A stretch of DNA of 63,561 nucleotides, the filler included, from Asterionella formosa (taxonomy: Eukaryota), in assembly GCA_002256025.1 (NCBI GenBank). It is 11 parts of 11 records of this genome, joined end to end, with 100 filler letters (N's around TTAATTAATTAA, not from the genome) between each part and the next. Parts side by side here need not be neighbours in the genome. Positions count along the whole stretch, not along the records: positions 18,014 to 35,895 come from NKIB01004232.1; positions 35,996 to 37,107 come from NKIB01004234.1; positions 37,208 to 38,319 come from NKIB01004235.1; positions 38,420 to 39,531 come from NKIB01004236.1; positions 39,632 to 40,743 come from NKIB01004237.1; positions 40,844 to 58,713 come from NKIB01004238.1; 5 more parts are not named here. One strand, written 5' to 3'. The stretch's first letter is position 1. The number at the start of each line of letters is the position of its first letter. Both the position numbers and the translations under genes were made by a program. The notes below the pieces were generated by a model, which saw nothing but the letters and a program-made list of their open reading frames with translations, had not been told where the DNA came from and did no database searches. Shown here piece by piece: positions 34,870 through 45,822 of the stretch.

Positions 34870-35895
34870 ATTTGTACATCTTCAATGTAGGCCTTATCAC
34901 CCTGACAGTTGATGAATGAACAGATCATTCGGACGTGAAATTTATATTTCTCATCAAACACTGCTCCGCACTGCAGCCGGCGTGAAGGAAAATGGAACTT
35001 CACCTTCACGTAAGCACTGTCTTGACTTCCTTGTCAACAGTCCGATTCGTTCTAGCCTTGGCGCATGTGATGCCTCAAAAAGGTATGAGCCGTGCTTGAT
35101 ACTATTTGCCCACACAAAAGCTTGCTTCGAAATACGAGAGGACATTCCAAACAAACTTCCATTCTTTTCATAATATGCCTCAAGCTCCGGGAGGTTCATC
35201 TCACAGCTTACTTCGAAAGACTTGGGTGATACAGTCAAAGATGGCTCAAAGGCAACTGGAGAATCTCCATTTCTCAATCGCTGTCTCGATTTTGTAGACA
35301 AAAGTCCAAGTCGCTCCAGCCTTGGGGCATATTCTGCCAAAAACATGCACTTACCTTCTTTTATGCCAGAAGCCCATTGTGATGCTCCCTTCGATATTTC
35401 TTTTGAAGTATAACGTAACTCTCCATGTATGGCATAATATGCCTCCAGCTCTGGCAAATACATTTTGCACCTCTCTTCAAATGGCTTTCTACGCGAAGTT
35501 GAATACACCTCAGCGGTTTCAAATGCAACAAGATATTCGCCATTTTTCAAGACCTGAATTGATTTATCCGTCAATAGACCAAGTTGCTGAAATCTCGTGG
35601 CATACTCTGCCAAAAACTTGATTCGTCCGTGTCTTATCCCACTGGCCCAATTCGATGCATTTTTAGATAGTTTTTGGTTTTGTTCCTGACGATGAGCCTC
35701 CAACTCCGGAAGGTACTTTTCATGAAGTTCCTTCGGGGTCAATCGTTTGATTCCTATAGGTAATTTACGGCGATTCTCAATAATATCGCGTTGAATTGAC
35801 TTCTCTGTCAACAGAAACAGTCGCCGCAATCTTGTGGCATACTCAGACGAATACTTAATCTGGCCGTGCCTGATCCCACTGGCCCATTTCCATGC
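34870..35895 (-). pseudogene. Tandem paralogue of the 88-aa repeat gene; 5' part beyond the scaffold end; frameshifted at the start of repeat 5
   Basis: Same repeats in ORF 34954..35829, open to the gap. After FSFTPAAV the homologous FDEKYKFHVRMICSFIN continues in a different frame. Confidence 0.75.
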
Positions 35896-37207
35896 NNNNN
35901 NNNNNNNNNNNNNNNNNNNNNNNNNNNNNNNNNNNNNNNTTAATTAATTAANNNNNNNNNNNNNNNNNNNNNNNNNNNNNNNNNNNNNNNNNNNNACTTC
36001 CTCGATGAAATTGCCTCTCAATGGAAAACTATGGCAAGCAACTCAACATCCCAGCTTTCTTTGTTCCATATATTAAATTATTTTTATTAAAGCAAAAATG
36101 TTGCGGTAATTTTGCTGAACTACAAAGATTTAGCTTCTTTTACCCTGGGTACCCCCGCCAGGGCAGCGGTATACTGGTACACCAACGTATGGCTGATGGT
36201 ACCAGGTGAGCGATCTTGCACATCAATACAGATGTATATAGGAGAATGAGTTACACACAAGGATTAACAAATAAGCTCATATATTCAACAAATACTACTA
36301 CTTCTAGTTAGATACTTCACTTTGAATTCAAAAAGAGTCCAATTAGAATTAATATTGTTGATGTCCTCTCAAGTTCCAGTGGTCCCATTGATGAAGGATA
36401 ACAACATACTAAACATCAAGATTCAAACTTCTTTGTGTATCCTAACAAGCCAGGTCGACATTTCGAGTCTTACAGCAAAGATATGATCAATTGACGCTCA
36501 GGGGAAGCTTGTTTATTGATTTCAGTAAATCCTGTGATATGGCTAACACATATATCTTCAGTCCAGCAGATTCCTTGCTTGTTCACCTACTGCTACAAAA
36601 GATGACTCATAGATATCGTCCTGTCTGACTGGATGAGCGTTGCAATACACTCAGATGCTCAGTCCCACCATAACAGTCTCAACAAGAAAGTCATAGTGAT
36701 GTGGCTGGAAGATTACCTTCTTCATGATATCTCTGAGAGTCAATAACAGTGGCTGGATGCCATGATATTACTCAATAAAACATTTCAACATGTTTATAAT
36801 CGACTTCGTTGCCTGTCTCAAGACCTTAAAGATACTCCTAAAACTCATGATAACTCATCCAGAAGATCAAGAGGTTTCCGCCAAGGAAGATTTGAGGTTG
36901 ATTGTCATTTTGCTTGATCGACAATGCGTGGCAACAAGTGTTTGAATGGAACAATGAAAAGAACACAAAATAATTGATTTGCTTGGTTTTGACTTACTTC
37001 GAGAGTCAACAATCATTAAAAGATCAACTCAAGCACATCCTCAAGCATGAGTTCTACCATAAGCCGAAATCGACTTCGCATCGCTTGTTGAAGGCAATCG
37101 TGTTATGNNNNNNNNNNNNNNNNNNNNNNNNNNNNNNNNNNNNNNNNNNNNTTAATTAATTAANNNNNNNNNNNNNNNNNNNNNNNNNNNNNNNNNNNNN
37201 NNNNNNN

Positions 37208-37360
37208 AGTCATTCTAAGACTCTCTTCGAATTTCCAATTAACATTTCCATAGAAATCTTCAATCTTTGATGTTGTTAGATAGCTGATTGATGTGGCAAT
37301 ACAAGATTCGACTCGTTGGATTAAAATCGAGTCCACAATCCTTGTGAAACATCCTTGACA
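37208..37360 (-). mobile_element. LTR-like fragment (tgtcaag family)
   Basis: Reverse complement aligns closely with 59309..59470. Confidence 0.8.
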
Positions 37361-37445
37361 CATGTGACTGCATTTTGGTACCTGGTACCAGGTACTGGCT
37401 GAGTACGAGTACCAGGATTGCGTTCGTGTTCATGAGTCAAATAAG

Positions 37446-38319
37446 GGTACCAGTAAAAAACTGCTGTGACCCACTAAAAAAAATTGGAACCGCTGTGACC
37501 CACTGAACAGGAGAAAAACACGGTTTGACCCCACCAAATGCCAATATGTTAATTTTAAAACTTCGACCCAAATCCTGACCATCTACGCTTTAAGGATATG
37601 CCATTAGATTTAAGTTTATAGCAATTTGTTTCTCCTAAAATATTGGTTGAAAAGTGCAATCGACGAAATTATTGCCAGAACACGGATTACCCCATGTTTT
37701 AAGGATTCATTGTTTTGTGATATACGCAACTAGATACAAAAATATCGCATGCGATTTATTTTGCCTATGATTCTTGTCATAAACATATCCCTATCCCCTG
37801 ACATTGATTGAGTAATTTCAGCATGCATAAACGGGCGCGCCAAGGTCAACCCACATACCATCAGCCCCCGTACAACAATGCGAAGAAAGTGTGCACCGAA
37901 ACCGGTACATACCGGTATGTGTTGACGGCTGAATGCATTTGTGTGTGATTGTGATGTACCGGTATCCTGGTACAGCAGGTACTCGGATAAATCTGGATAC
38001 GAAAATTCTTCTTAAAAATAATTTTTCGAAAACCAAACGGGGTAATCCGTGATCGTAATGGTATATAAAATTATATTCAACTATAGATAAAAATTTAAGT
38101 ACGGCTGTGACCCATTACCGGCAAATTTTGTCCACATAAAAGGGTTCGTATCTCAGCACCTCGACCTTTAATGAGAATATCGACAGATCCACAACTTGAT
38201 GACTCCTTTGGTTAACAAGACATGCAAGTTTGATTCTCGCAAGACATGGAATAGGTTTAGTCGAACTAATCAAACGAATAGGAGAACTCAGTGGGTCACA
38301 GCAGTTCTTTACTGGTACC
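37446..38319. mobile_element. Non-autonomous DNA transposon (~874 bp) with 30-bp TIRs, possibly PIF/Harbinger-type
   Basis: Left ggtaccagtaaaaaactgctgtgacccact versus right (revcomp) ggtaccagtaaagaactgctgtgacccact, 1 mismatch. Internal gctgtgaccca repeats. Preceded by taa-g; the right flank is lost in the gap. Confidence 0.85.
37681..38051. mobile_element. Internal or nested 371-bp segment bounded by a perfect 13-bp inverted repeat
   Basis: cacggattacccc (37681) and ggggtaatccgtg (38039..38051). No TSD seen. Confidence 0.55.
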
Positions 38320-38419
38320 NNNNNNNNNNNNNNNNNNNNNNNNNNNNNNNNNNNNNNNNNNNNTTAATTAATTAANNNNNNNNNNNNNNNNNNNNNNNNN
38401 NNNNNNNNNNNNNNNNNNN

Positions 38420-38545
38420 AAGGTACCAAGTACTGTCCCAGGTTCCTGGTACCTGGTACCAACACGGGAGCCTGGCACTTGGTACCTGGAAGCCAGCCCC
38501 GTCCTCCGGAGTAGCAGGAAGTGGTACCCTGGTACCAGGAACCAG
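38420..38545. repeat. Dense GGTACC(A/T)GG micro-array
   Basis: aggtaccaagtactgtcccaggttcctggtacctggtaccaa...ggtacctgg...ggtaccctggtaccaggaaccag. Confidence 0.8.
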
Positions 38546-38815
38546 TTGCAGCAACTCGCTTAAAGAATCCACATGTACTACCGGTTTCGTTTGTGCGTAT
38601 GCCTTGTCAAATCATCCACATATATAGCGGTAGCCAACTGCCATATGGGGTACTCCTGGTAACTGGTAACTGATACATGGTACCAGGGGGTGCCGGCATT
38701 TCGCTCGCCGCCCGGCCAACGTTCACAATGTGTAGTGTTCGCCGTTGGCTGCAGGAAAACCGGTACAATCTGGTTGTTCGTATCGTACATATTATGTGCC
38801 AGGTACAGATACATG

Positions 38816-38982
38816 TGTTGAGGGGAACCTTATCGTGAATAAAGGTGAACTACAATATTATGACTATTCTATTGCTGTTCCAAGTACATCGTTGTCAGCA
38901 CTCACGCATGTACCTAATCTGGTGGCTGCGCCGGTATGGTTCGTACGGCGCATGTATGGAGCATCATATGCAGATATTAACA
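38816..38982 (-). mobile_element. 3' LTR (167 bp) of the CoDi-like copia element
   Basis: Minus strand: purine tract ggtgagggtg, then tgttaatatc...ccctcaaca. Confidence 0.7.
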
Positions 38983-39531
38983 CACCCTCACCAACAGATG
39001 CAGGCAGGAGAACAGGAGCGGGGAGGGAGATGCTATCAGCATCGGAAGCCAAGCACGCATAATAGTTAGGAGGACTAGGGAGGGATGGAGGGCAATGGAG
39101 GTAGTGCGGGCGCATCAACATATGATGGGAAGCGGGATGATGTTTAGTGAAATAATCAGCACGATTCAAACTACCTTTTTTCCAGTATACAAGAAATTGG
39201 CCTTGGCGAACCCGATCGCGTACCCAGTAATAACGCATATCCATAGCTTTGGAACGTTTTTGTCGGACAGTATCATTGGCGATGCCACTGGCAGTGCTAT
39301 TATCGGTGACAATACGGGTAGAAGGTTGGGGATGACCAAGCTCAGCAAGAATGGTGCGAATAGCATATGCCTCTTTGCCATTGTGGAATAAAGCAGCTAA
39401 TTCGGCCTCAGCAGCACTTGATACAACCTCCTTAAGAATTTGACAGTGGACGTAAATAGCACCGTTAAGAGGAGGGATGGATGTAGTGAGGCTAGGTGGA
39501 GACACGGGTTTACAGCTGAGAAAGTGAATGC
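38983..39531 (-). mobile_element. CoDi-like Ty1/copia RNase H domain, 5'-truncated
   Basis: NGAIYVHCQILKEVVSSAAEAELAALFHNG...LAELGHPQP...TDNSTASGIAN...KRSKAMDMRYYWVRDR...NRADYFTKHHP. Confidence 0.95.
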
Positions 39532-40863
39532 NNNNNNNNNNNNNNNNNNNNNNNNNNNNNNNNNNNNNNNNNNNNTTAATTAATTAANNNNNNNNNNNNN
39601 NNNNNNNNNNNNNNNNNNNNNNNNNNNNNNNGGAAAAAACCCTTTGACTTTCCCTCCCTCCCAACTTTCCTTTCTCATTTGACCTTGATTTGTTATTGGT
39701 ATGCATGTTTAGCAGAGAAGTAAGAGTTCTCGCCTTCTTGTACCTTTAGTGTGATTCACTGGGCATTCAAGTTAACAATCAGATCTATTTCCACCTGTTT
39801 CAAATCAGCAGCAGGTTGGCTCTCTTGTAGGTTCACCCAGAATTGACCTGCATCAAACTATTGAAATGCTAGGCTCGCTGTTGGCCGGGAAATAGAATGG
39901 ATGGAAAGGGGCCAAAGTACCCAGCAGCTTATCAATGTACTTAATAACATTAATAACAAAGAAAACACGTTTATTCAATCTTACTGTATGTTAAAGCTCG
40001 CAAATAAGCGAGCTCGTGCCCACATCAATGGAAACAATTAGTACCAATTTTATTGGTCTGTATGGTAAAATGGGACCTGTCTCCTTGTCAACCACACACC
40101 CCAAAACCCTAGGGACTACATCAACGAAAGGCGGTTGGAGAAAACATAATCGAATCCACCACATCATGAGGTGTGCCAACCGCTATGCCATTCCCCTAAT
40201 AAATAATATTTTAAAAAATTACTACAAGCTTAGAATTAGGTACAAAATTTTACAGACTGTGAAAATGACTATTGAAGCTATGAAGAAAATCAGGCCTTCC
40301 AGTGCATCAAAAATGGAATTGAAATTGATGATTGAAATCGTTTGAACTTGAAAATCTTTCTCTTCAATGTTGCTATTTACATTTTAGACTATGGCAAAAA
40401 TGGCGAAGTTGGTTTGCTCATTGTGTTTAGCACTCAAGGAATGCCCAATGTTATGCACCCCTTCTAAGGAATACCAATCGCGGTGGTATACATTGAGGGG
40501 GTACAATAAACTGTAGCTACCACTTAAAAACTAAAAGCGACCACCTGAGGACCTCTGAACTGTATGTCACTGCTAAATGGGGTAAATCCAAAATTTATTA
40601 ACTTTTTCTGCAAGATACAATAATTATTGTTACAAAAGAGTTGATCGGATGAATATGACGAGTGAATACTATCAGCATACATACTTGTTTTGTTCCATTG
40701 CTTGCGTAAATTGTTAATTATGAATTATGGCCAAAAGGTTGCTNNNNNNNNNNNNNNNNNNNNNNNNNNNNNNNNNNNNNNNNNNNNTTAATTAATTAAN
40801 NNNNNNNNNNNNNNNNNNNNNNNNNNNNNNNNNNNNNNNNNNNGTAACAACCCTTTAATAACT

Positions 40864-41526
40864 ATGGCATACACATCTCTTTCGGGTTCCAAACTCCGCG
40901 CCAAACTTGGTGGTTCTCTCAATGAATCCGCCAGTGCCCCAACGAGTACCTTTGCCAAGAAACAATTGGAGAAATTGGGGTGGTCGGAGGGTAAGGGACT
41001 TGGAAAGCAAGAACAGGGAATCACTACGCACATTAGGGTCAAGAAGCGTGAAAATGATGTGGGGTTGGGACACTCTGTTTCGGCACAAGCACAAACCATG
41101 TGGTGGGCGGATTCGTGTGGAGACGTACTTTCGAGACTGTCGGGAAAGAAGAAAGTTACCATGACAGACGAAGCACTCTTTGATGCAACGGGTGGAGCGA
41201 GATTTGGAATGAGAGCTCAGAGGAAGCAGACAGGCAAGTGGTCGAGAGCAGAAAAGGAGGATGCCAAGGCAGAAGAGGAAGCGACAGCCAAGGTGGAATG
41301 GAACGGCACTGGGGAGGCCAAGGTGATATTGTCGAAGAGTAAATCAAAGAGAATGACAGCGGCAGAAATTGAGGGCGGAAGTGATGAACCAAAACTGAAA
41401 AAGACGAGATGTGATACTACACCAAATGAGAAAATAGAAGAAAACTCTGAGTCTATTAAAAAACCCAAGAAGAGTAAGAAAGAAAAGAAAGCAAAGAAGG
41501 CGATAAAGAACAAAACGAAGCATTAA
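40864..41526 (+). CDS. GPATCH4: G-patch domain nucleolar protein (GPATCH4/PINX1-like)
   Basis: G-patch FAKKQLEKLGWSEGKGLGKQEQGI...GLG, then WW and TDEALFDATGG motifs as in GPATCH4; Lys-rich tail. Confidence 0.75.
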   Translation: MAYTSLSGSKLRAKLGGSLNESASAPTSTFAKKQLEKLGWSEGKGLGKQEQGITTHIRVKKRENDVGLGHSVSAQAQTMWWADSCGDVLSRLSGKKKVTMTDEALFDATGGARFGMRAQRKQTGKWSRAEKEDAKAEEEATAKVEWNGTGEAKVILSKSKSKRMTAAEIEGGSDEPKLKKTRCDTTPNEKIEENSESIKKPKKSKKEKKAKKAIKNKTKH

Positions 41527-42087
41527 TGGATGGGTCACTCTATTGTTGTATATATGACGCGATTTAACTACCTGTGGATTTCAAGTGAAAGGTTGTTACT
41601 TGCAAACCATTGTTTATTTCCACCATCAACAGGAAACAATCTGAGCCCTTTGCCACTCTTTGAAACTCAATTGTATCTCTTAAGAAGGTAGGGAAGTAGA
41701 ATTTTTCAACCTCATCAAGGTCGGTATATGGCACCGGTTGTTACATGCCTGTAGCATCCACCGTAACCCCTCCCGTTGACTTGAAACATGGAGGCCAATG
41801 CGCTACAAAGTTTTGTCAAATCGACATGACAAGAAACTTACACATCAACATTGGACTCTGAAGGAGGCAACGGATGCAATGATCTTTGTGCCGAATGTTT
41901 GAACGCGCATTTGGAAGCCAAATGAAAAATTAAATGAATCCAGCACTCAGACCATAGCAACTTGGAGAAACGAAGTAGCGAAAAACAACCAGGTAGAAAT
42001 TACATTGGCAATATTCCTGAAGTGTTCATGGTAGTCTACTATTGTTATGCAGCGATAGATACTAACGTGAGGTTGTCCATCCAAACC

Positions 42088-42411
42088 TTACACGGTGACT
42101 TCGGCGTACTGTCCCGGTTGCAAGAATGCAATGGGCTTTTGGCCCATGGCCAATTCCCAGCTCTGCAGTTCAATCTGGGTGGTTCCATCCTTGCGAAAGT
42201 CTTGGACAACCCCGGTTCCGTAGATGGACTTGACGGTGGTCCCATTCTTGACTCCGACGGTGAATTGTCCCTCGGCCAAGTAAGCAAAAGGCGCCTGCCC
42301 ACCAGCCAACACCCAGCTCTCAATCTTCACAACAGCAGCACCATTATCGCGGCAATCTTCGACGGTTCCGACACCGTAAATGCTCATAACTCTATCTCCA
42401 ACAGTGACCAT
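42088..42411 (-). CDS. 107-aa protein of two tandem SH3/KOW/Tudor-like beta repeats
   Basis: V.SIYG.G.V.D.R..G......SW.LA.GQ.P.A.L..GQ[FY] occurs twice; coding-like composition. Confidence 0.8.
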   Translation of the reverse strand: MVTVGDRVMSIYGVGTVEDCRDNGAAVVKIESWVLAGGQAPFAYLAEGQFTVGVKNGTTVKSIYGTGVVQDFRKDGTTQIELQSWELAMGQKPIAFLQPGQYAEVTV

Positions 42412-42565
42412 GGTTGCGCTTTATTTCAACACTAAAGGTGTAGATGTATGTGATGGAACCTTCCGATTGTATGAACCGGTATATGATATACTTGAAACGA
42501 AACCAACTGCAGCCAATGCTTGCCATGACCGTGGCACATGTGTATGTGTATCGCGTTGTACAGAC

Positions 42566-42614
42566 TACCTGGTACCAGTACCAGGGTACCGGTACCGGGT
42601 ATATGCCCCGGTAC
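42566..42614. repeat. GGTACC micro-array in the divergent promoter region
   Basis: tacctggtaccagtaccagggtaccggtaccgggtatatgccccggtac between head-to-head genes. Confidence 0.8.
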
Positions 42615-42919
42615 AATGATGCCGACAAAATACTAAGCACGTTCCCTATCCGGGTTTTCTTCAATTTCCCGCCTATCAAGATTTTTCGCGCCAAACTCAA
42701 AATTTTATTGACCCGCACGACCTAGGTTGAAGCAAATCAAATTATTGTCGTGGTGGAGGCAATGCCCATCAACATATCCCACCACCTTTCCTCATGGCAT
42801 TGCCAAATATGTACGCTATCAGTACAACGGCCGATGCCTTCTCTCGATTTTCCCATGAACCATCACAGTCTTCGTTGCCAAAATCTCCAATCCGCACAAC
42901 CAGAAAGCTTGAGAGAACC

Positions 42920-43786
42920 ATGATAATCGCAACCACCCTCGTTCTCGGTCTCCTTCCTGTCGTGTCATCACTTTCCACAGTTGTCTTTGGCCCACAATCG
43001 AGAGAACTTCTGTTACTGACTGCTAAAATTGCCGCTCGCGAAGGAATTATCACTAGCTGCATTTGTTCCGAAGGTACCGAAATTGGATGCAGACGTTTAA
43101 TGTATGGCATGGAATATGCCGATATTGGAGTGGACGAATCTGACAAGGCCCGACCAATCTCAGCTGGAACAGACATTGGGAATGCATTGGAGGCATGTCA
43201 CTCGATTACCTTGATTAACTACGATACCCCTGTCGAACAGAGTCTACTAAATACTCTGATTCAAAATGCTGGGCCCAATTTATCCAAGATTGTTGTTCTT
43301 GCCAAAATGGGCATAACCCGGGCCAAGAGTGGCTTCTTTGGTGGTTCTGACGCAACATTGCTGGAAGCGGAAAACAGAATCCGAAAGGTATGTGCAGAAA
43401 AAAACCTTGCACTCTCCATTGTTCGCGCTGGCGTGCTCAAGGGTGGTGGTCCCGGTAGTGATGGAAATGACTTTGGAATGAATAAGGTATACTATAATAC
43501 CATCTTTGACATTGTTGAGGCCAACGTGGCCATGGCTCATGACAAGTTTTCGATTGGAGCTGAGGTGGAAGCAGGTGATCCAGTTGATTTACCCAACATT
43601 CTGTCCCAAATGGCAACAAAATCTTCCTTTGAACCAAAACGTGGGGAAACAAATAGAATTGTAGCAGCTGGGGCAACTGTTGCTGCGCTACTACATCCCG
43701 ATCCAGTAGAGGTTTCCATCTCAAGTATCAAATCAGACCAGTTGCCGACAATGTTGGAGTGGAAGAAACTATTTTCAAAAATATAG
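42920..43786 (+). CDS. Signal-peptide-bearing (probably plastid) atypical NAD(P)-binding Rossmann-like protein
   Basis: Hydrophobic N-terminus MIIATTLVLGLLPVVSS|L. LLEAENRIR...LSIVRAGVLKGGGPG and ETNRIVAAGATVAAL resemble atypical SDR (NmrA/Tic62-like) motifs. Confidence 0.7.
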   Translation: MIIATTLVLGLLPVVSSLSTVVFGPQSRELLLLTAKIAAREGIITSCICSEGTEIGCRRLMYGMEYADIGVDESDKARPISAGTDIGNALEACHSITLINYDTPVEQSLLNTLIQNAGPNLSKIVVLAKMGITRAKSGFFGGSDATLLEAENRIRKVCAEKNLALSIVRAGVLKGGGPGSDGNDFGMNKVYYNTIFDIVEANVAMAHDKFSIGAEVEAGDPVDLPNILSQMATKSSFEPKRGETNRIVAAGATVAALLHPDPVEVSISSIKSDQLPTMLEWKKLFSKI

Positions 43787-44314
43787 ATTTAAGAGGCATA
43801 AATTGGAAAAATGGAAAAAAAGTATTTTTCCATTATTCTCATATGTGGCTCCAATGCAAATTTTTTTGAATCAGTGTGTGAAGCGAATTGGAAAAATGAC
43901 GATTTCAACTGGAGATCTCAATTGTCCGTTGGTTTTGTGCCATTATTGTCATCTGTGAAAAATAGATTGTTAAGTGCCTTAAGCATCACATCATGCAATC
44001 AAGTTGAGATGTGCAAATTTATTCAGGACTATGTGATTAAGGCCACGCCAAGTCAATGAAACAAGCCTGACAAATCAATATGCTCACAACGAATTCCAGC
44101 AGACTTGCCTTCTTTTACTCTGTATGTCCTCTTGTTTCCATAGAGCCATTATTAGGTCCATGGGGAAGTTTAGCTTTGTTAGATGGCACATCATCTGAAG
44201 ACCAGATCCCATGGTTATTCTGCCATGACATGGAATATCTCCTGAAAGCTATCTGCTTCGCTTCTGTTAAAAATGGGAGGCAATGCTCTATCTCGGGATT
44301 GTAGGTCAAATCCT

Positions 44315-44392
44315 GTTAGATGGCTGATTGGCATGGCAATGCAAGGTTCGACTCATTGGATTACAATCGAGTCCACAATCCTCGTGACTCTA
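44315..44392 (-). mobile_element. LTR-like fragment (tgtcaag family); may extend to a ttaaca end at about 43968
   Basis: Reverse complement gagtcacgaggattgtggactcgattgtaatccaatgagtcgaa...gcattgcca...aatcagc..tctaac matches the 59309 copy. Confidence 0.7.
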
Positions 44393-45356
44393 NNNNNNNN
44401 NNNNNNNNNNNNNNNNNNNNNNNNNNNNNNNNNNNNNNNNNNNNNNNNNNNNNNNNNNNNNNNNNNNNNNNNNNNNNNNNNNNNNNNNNNNNNNNNNNNN
44501 NNNNNNNNNNNNNNNNNNNNNNNNNNNNNNNNNNNNNNNNNNNNNNNNNNNNNNNNNNNNNNNNNNNNNNNNNNNNNNNNNNNNNNNNNNNNNNNNNNNN
44601 NNNNNNNNNNNNNNNNNNNNNNNNNNNNNNNNNNNNNNNNNNNNNNNNNNNNNNNNNNNNNNNNNNNNNNNNNNNNNNNNNNNNNNNNNNNNNNNNNNNN
44701 NNNNNNNNNNNNNNNNNNNNNNNNNNNNNNNNNNNNNNNNNNNNNNNNNNNNNNNNNNNNNNNNNNNNNNNNNNNNNNNNNNNNNNNNNNNNNNNNNNNN
44801 NNNNNNNNNNNNNNNNNNNNNNNNNNNNNNNNNNNNNNNNNNNNNNNNNNNNNNNNNNNNNNNNNNNNNNNNNNNNNNNNNNNNNNNNNNNNNNNNNNNN
44901 NNNNNNNNNNNNNNNNNNNNNNNNNNNNNNNNNNNNNCACATGGAATTGTTCTTGATCCGCCATCATGTGCTGCATTTTCTTACTGTAAGATTTTCTCAA
45001 CAGATCAGTCCTTTCGAAGGTGTGTGTATTGATCGTTATCTTGATTGCTCATGGGTTTGTTGGAACGTCGACTTTACTTCATATGAACCTTAGTTGAACA
45101 CACAAGATGCTGCGAGACGATTCAGCCGAAGGGGCGACAATCCAGAGTTTGACGGTGTTGAAAGCAGTGTCATCATTGCCTCGCAATATCACGTGAGGGA
45201 CCCAGAACCAGTTACCGGTCCTCTTTTCACTATGGAGAGCTATAGCAACTCACGTTTCTGTCGGAATCCTGCCTTCGTCCGATGACTCTCTCGTATCTTC
45301 TATTCTCACACATATCCTCCTTTGTTACTTCAGCATTTTACCTTACTTCCGCCACA

Positions 45357-45605
45357 ATGCCAGCTGATTTGTTGAACCCCACCCCAGAGTTGGAACTCAG
45401 AACCCACAAACTTAAGCGTCTTGTGCAAAGCCCAAACTCTTTCTTTATGGATATTAAGTGCCCTGGATGCTTTCAAATTACGACTGTTTTTAGCCACGCG
45501 CAAACAGTTGTCTTGTGCGGAAACTGCAATATCATGCTCTGCCAACCAACTGGAGGTCGAGCCCGTCTGACTGAAGGATGCTCCTACCGAAAGAAGGTTG
45601 AATAA
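45357..45605 (+). CDS. RPS27: 40S ribosomal protein S27 (eS27)
   Basis: DLLNP...[41 protein letters not shown]...[20 protein letters not shown]. Confidence 0.98.
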   Translation: MPADLLNPTPELELRTHKLKRLVQSPNSFFMDIKCPGCFQITTVFSHAQTVVLCGNCNIMLCQPTGGRARLTEGCSYRKKVE

Positions 45606-45822
45606 TGCTTCAAAATAGAGACAAGCTTTGAAAAACATGATGAGTTATCGTGTAGCCTCCCTCCGCCAAACTATAATTGAGCTAGGCAAATGTTGGCACA
45701 TTGATTGCAGTGAAATAAAGGTAGAATATTAAGATTTTGAAGAATCGTGAAGCTTAAGGAATCAATACTAGGGCGTGCGCGTTTTGCATGCGTTCAAGGT
45801 AAAGCTAAGAATTGTCTTCATG

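Noticed and set aside
36400..37107. Possible non-LTR retrotransposon 3' relic
   Set aside because: Coding-like texture but no motif I can identify with confidence.
35996..40743. Regular 1212-bp periodicity that could suggest an array or cassette system
   Set aside because: It results from equal-length 1112-bp contigs plus 100-nt linkers; the contents are unrelated.
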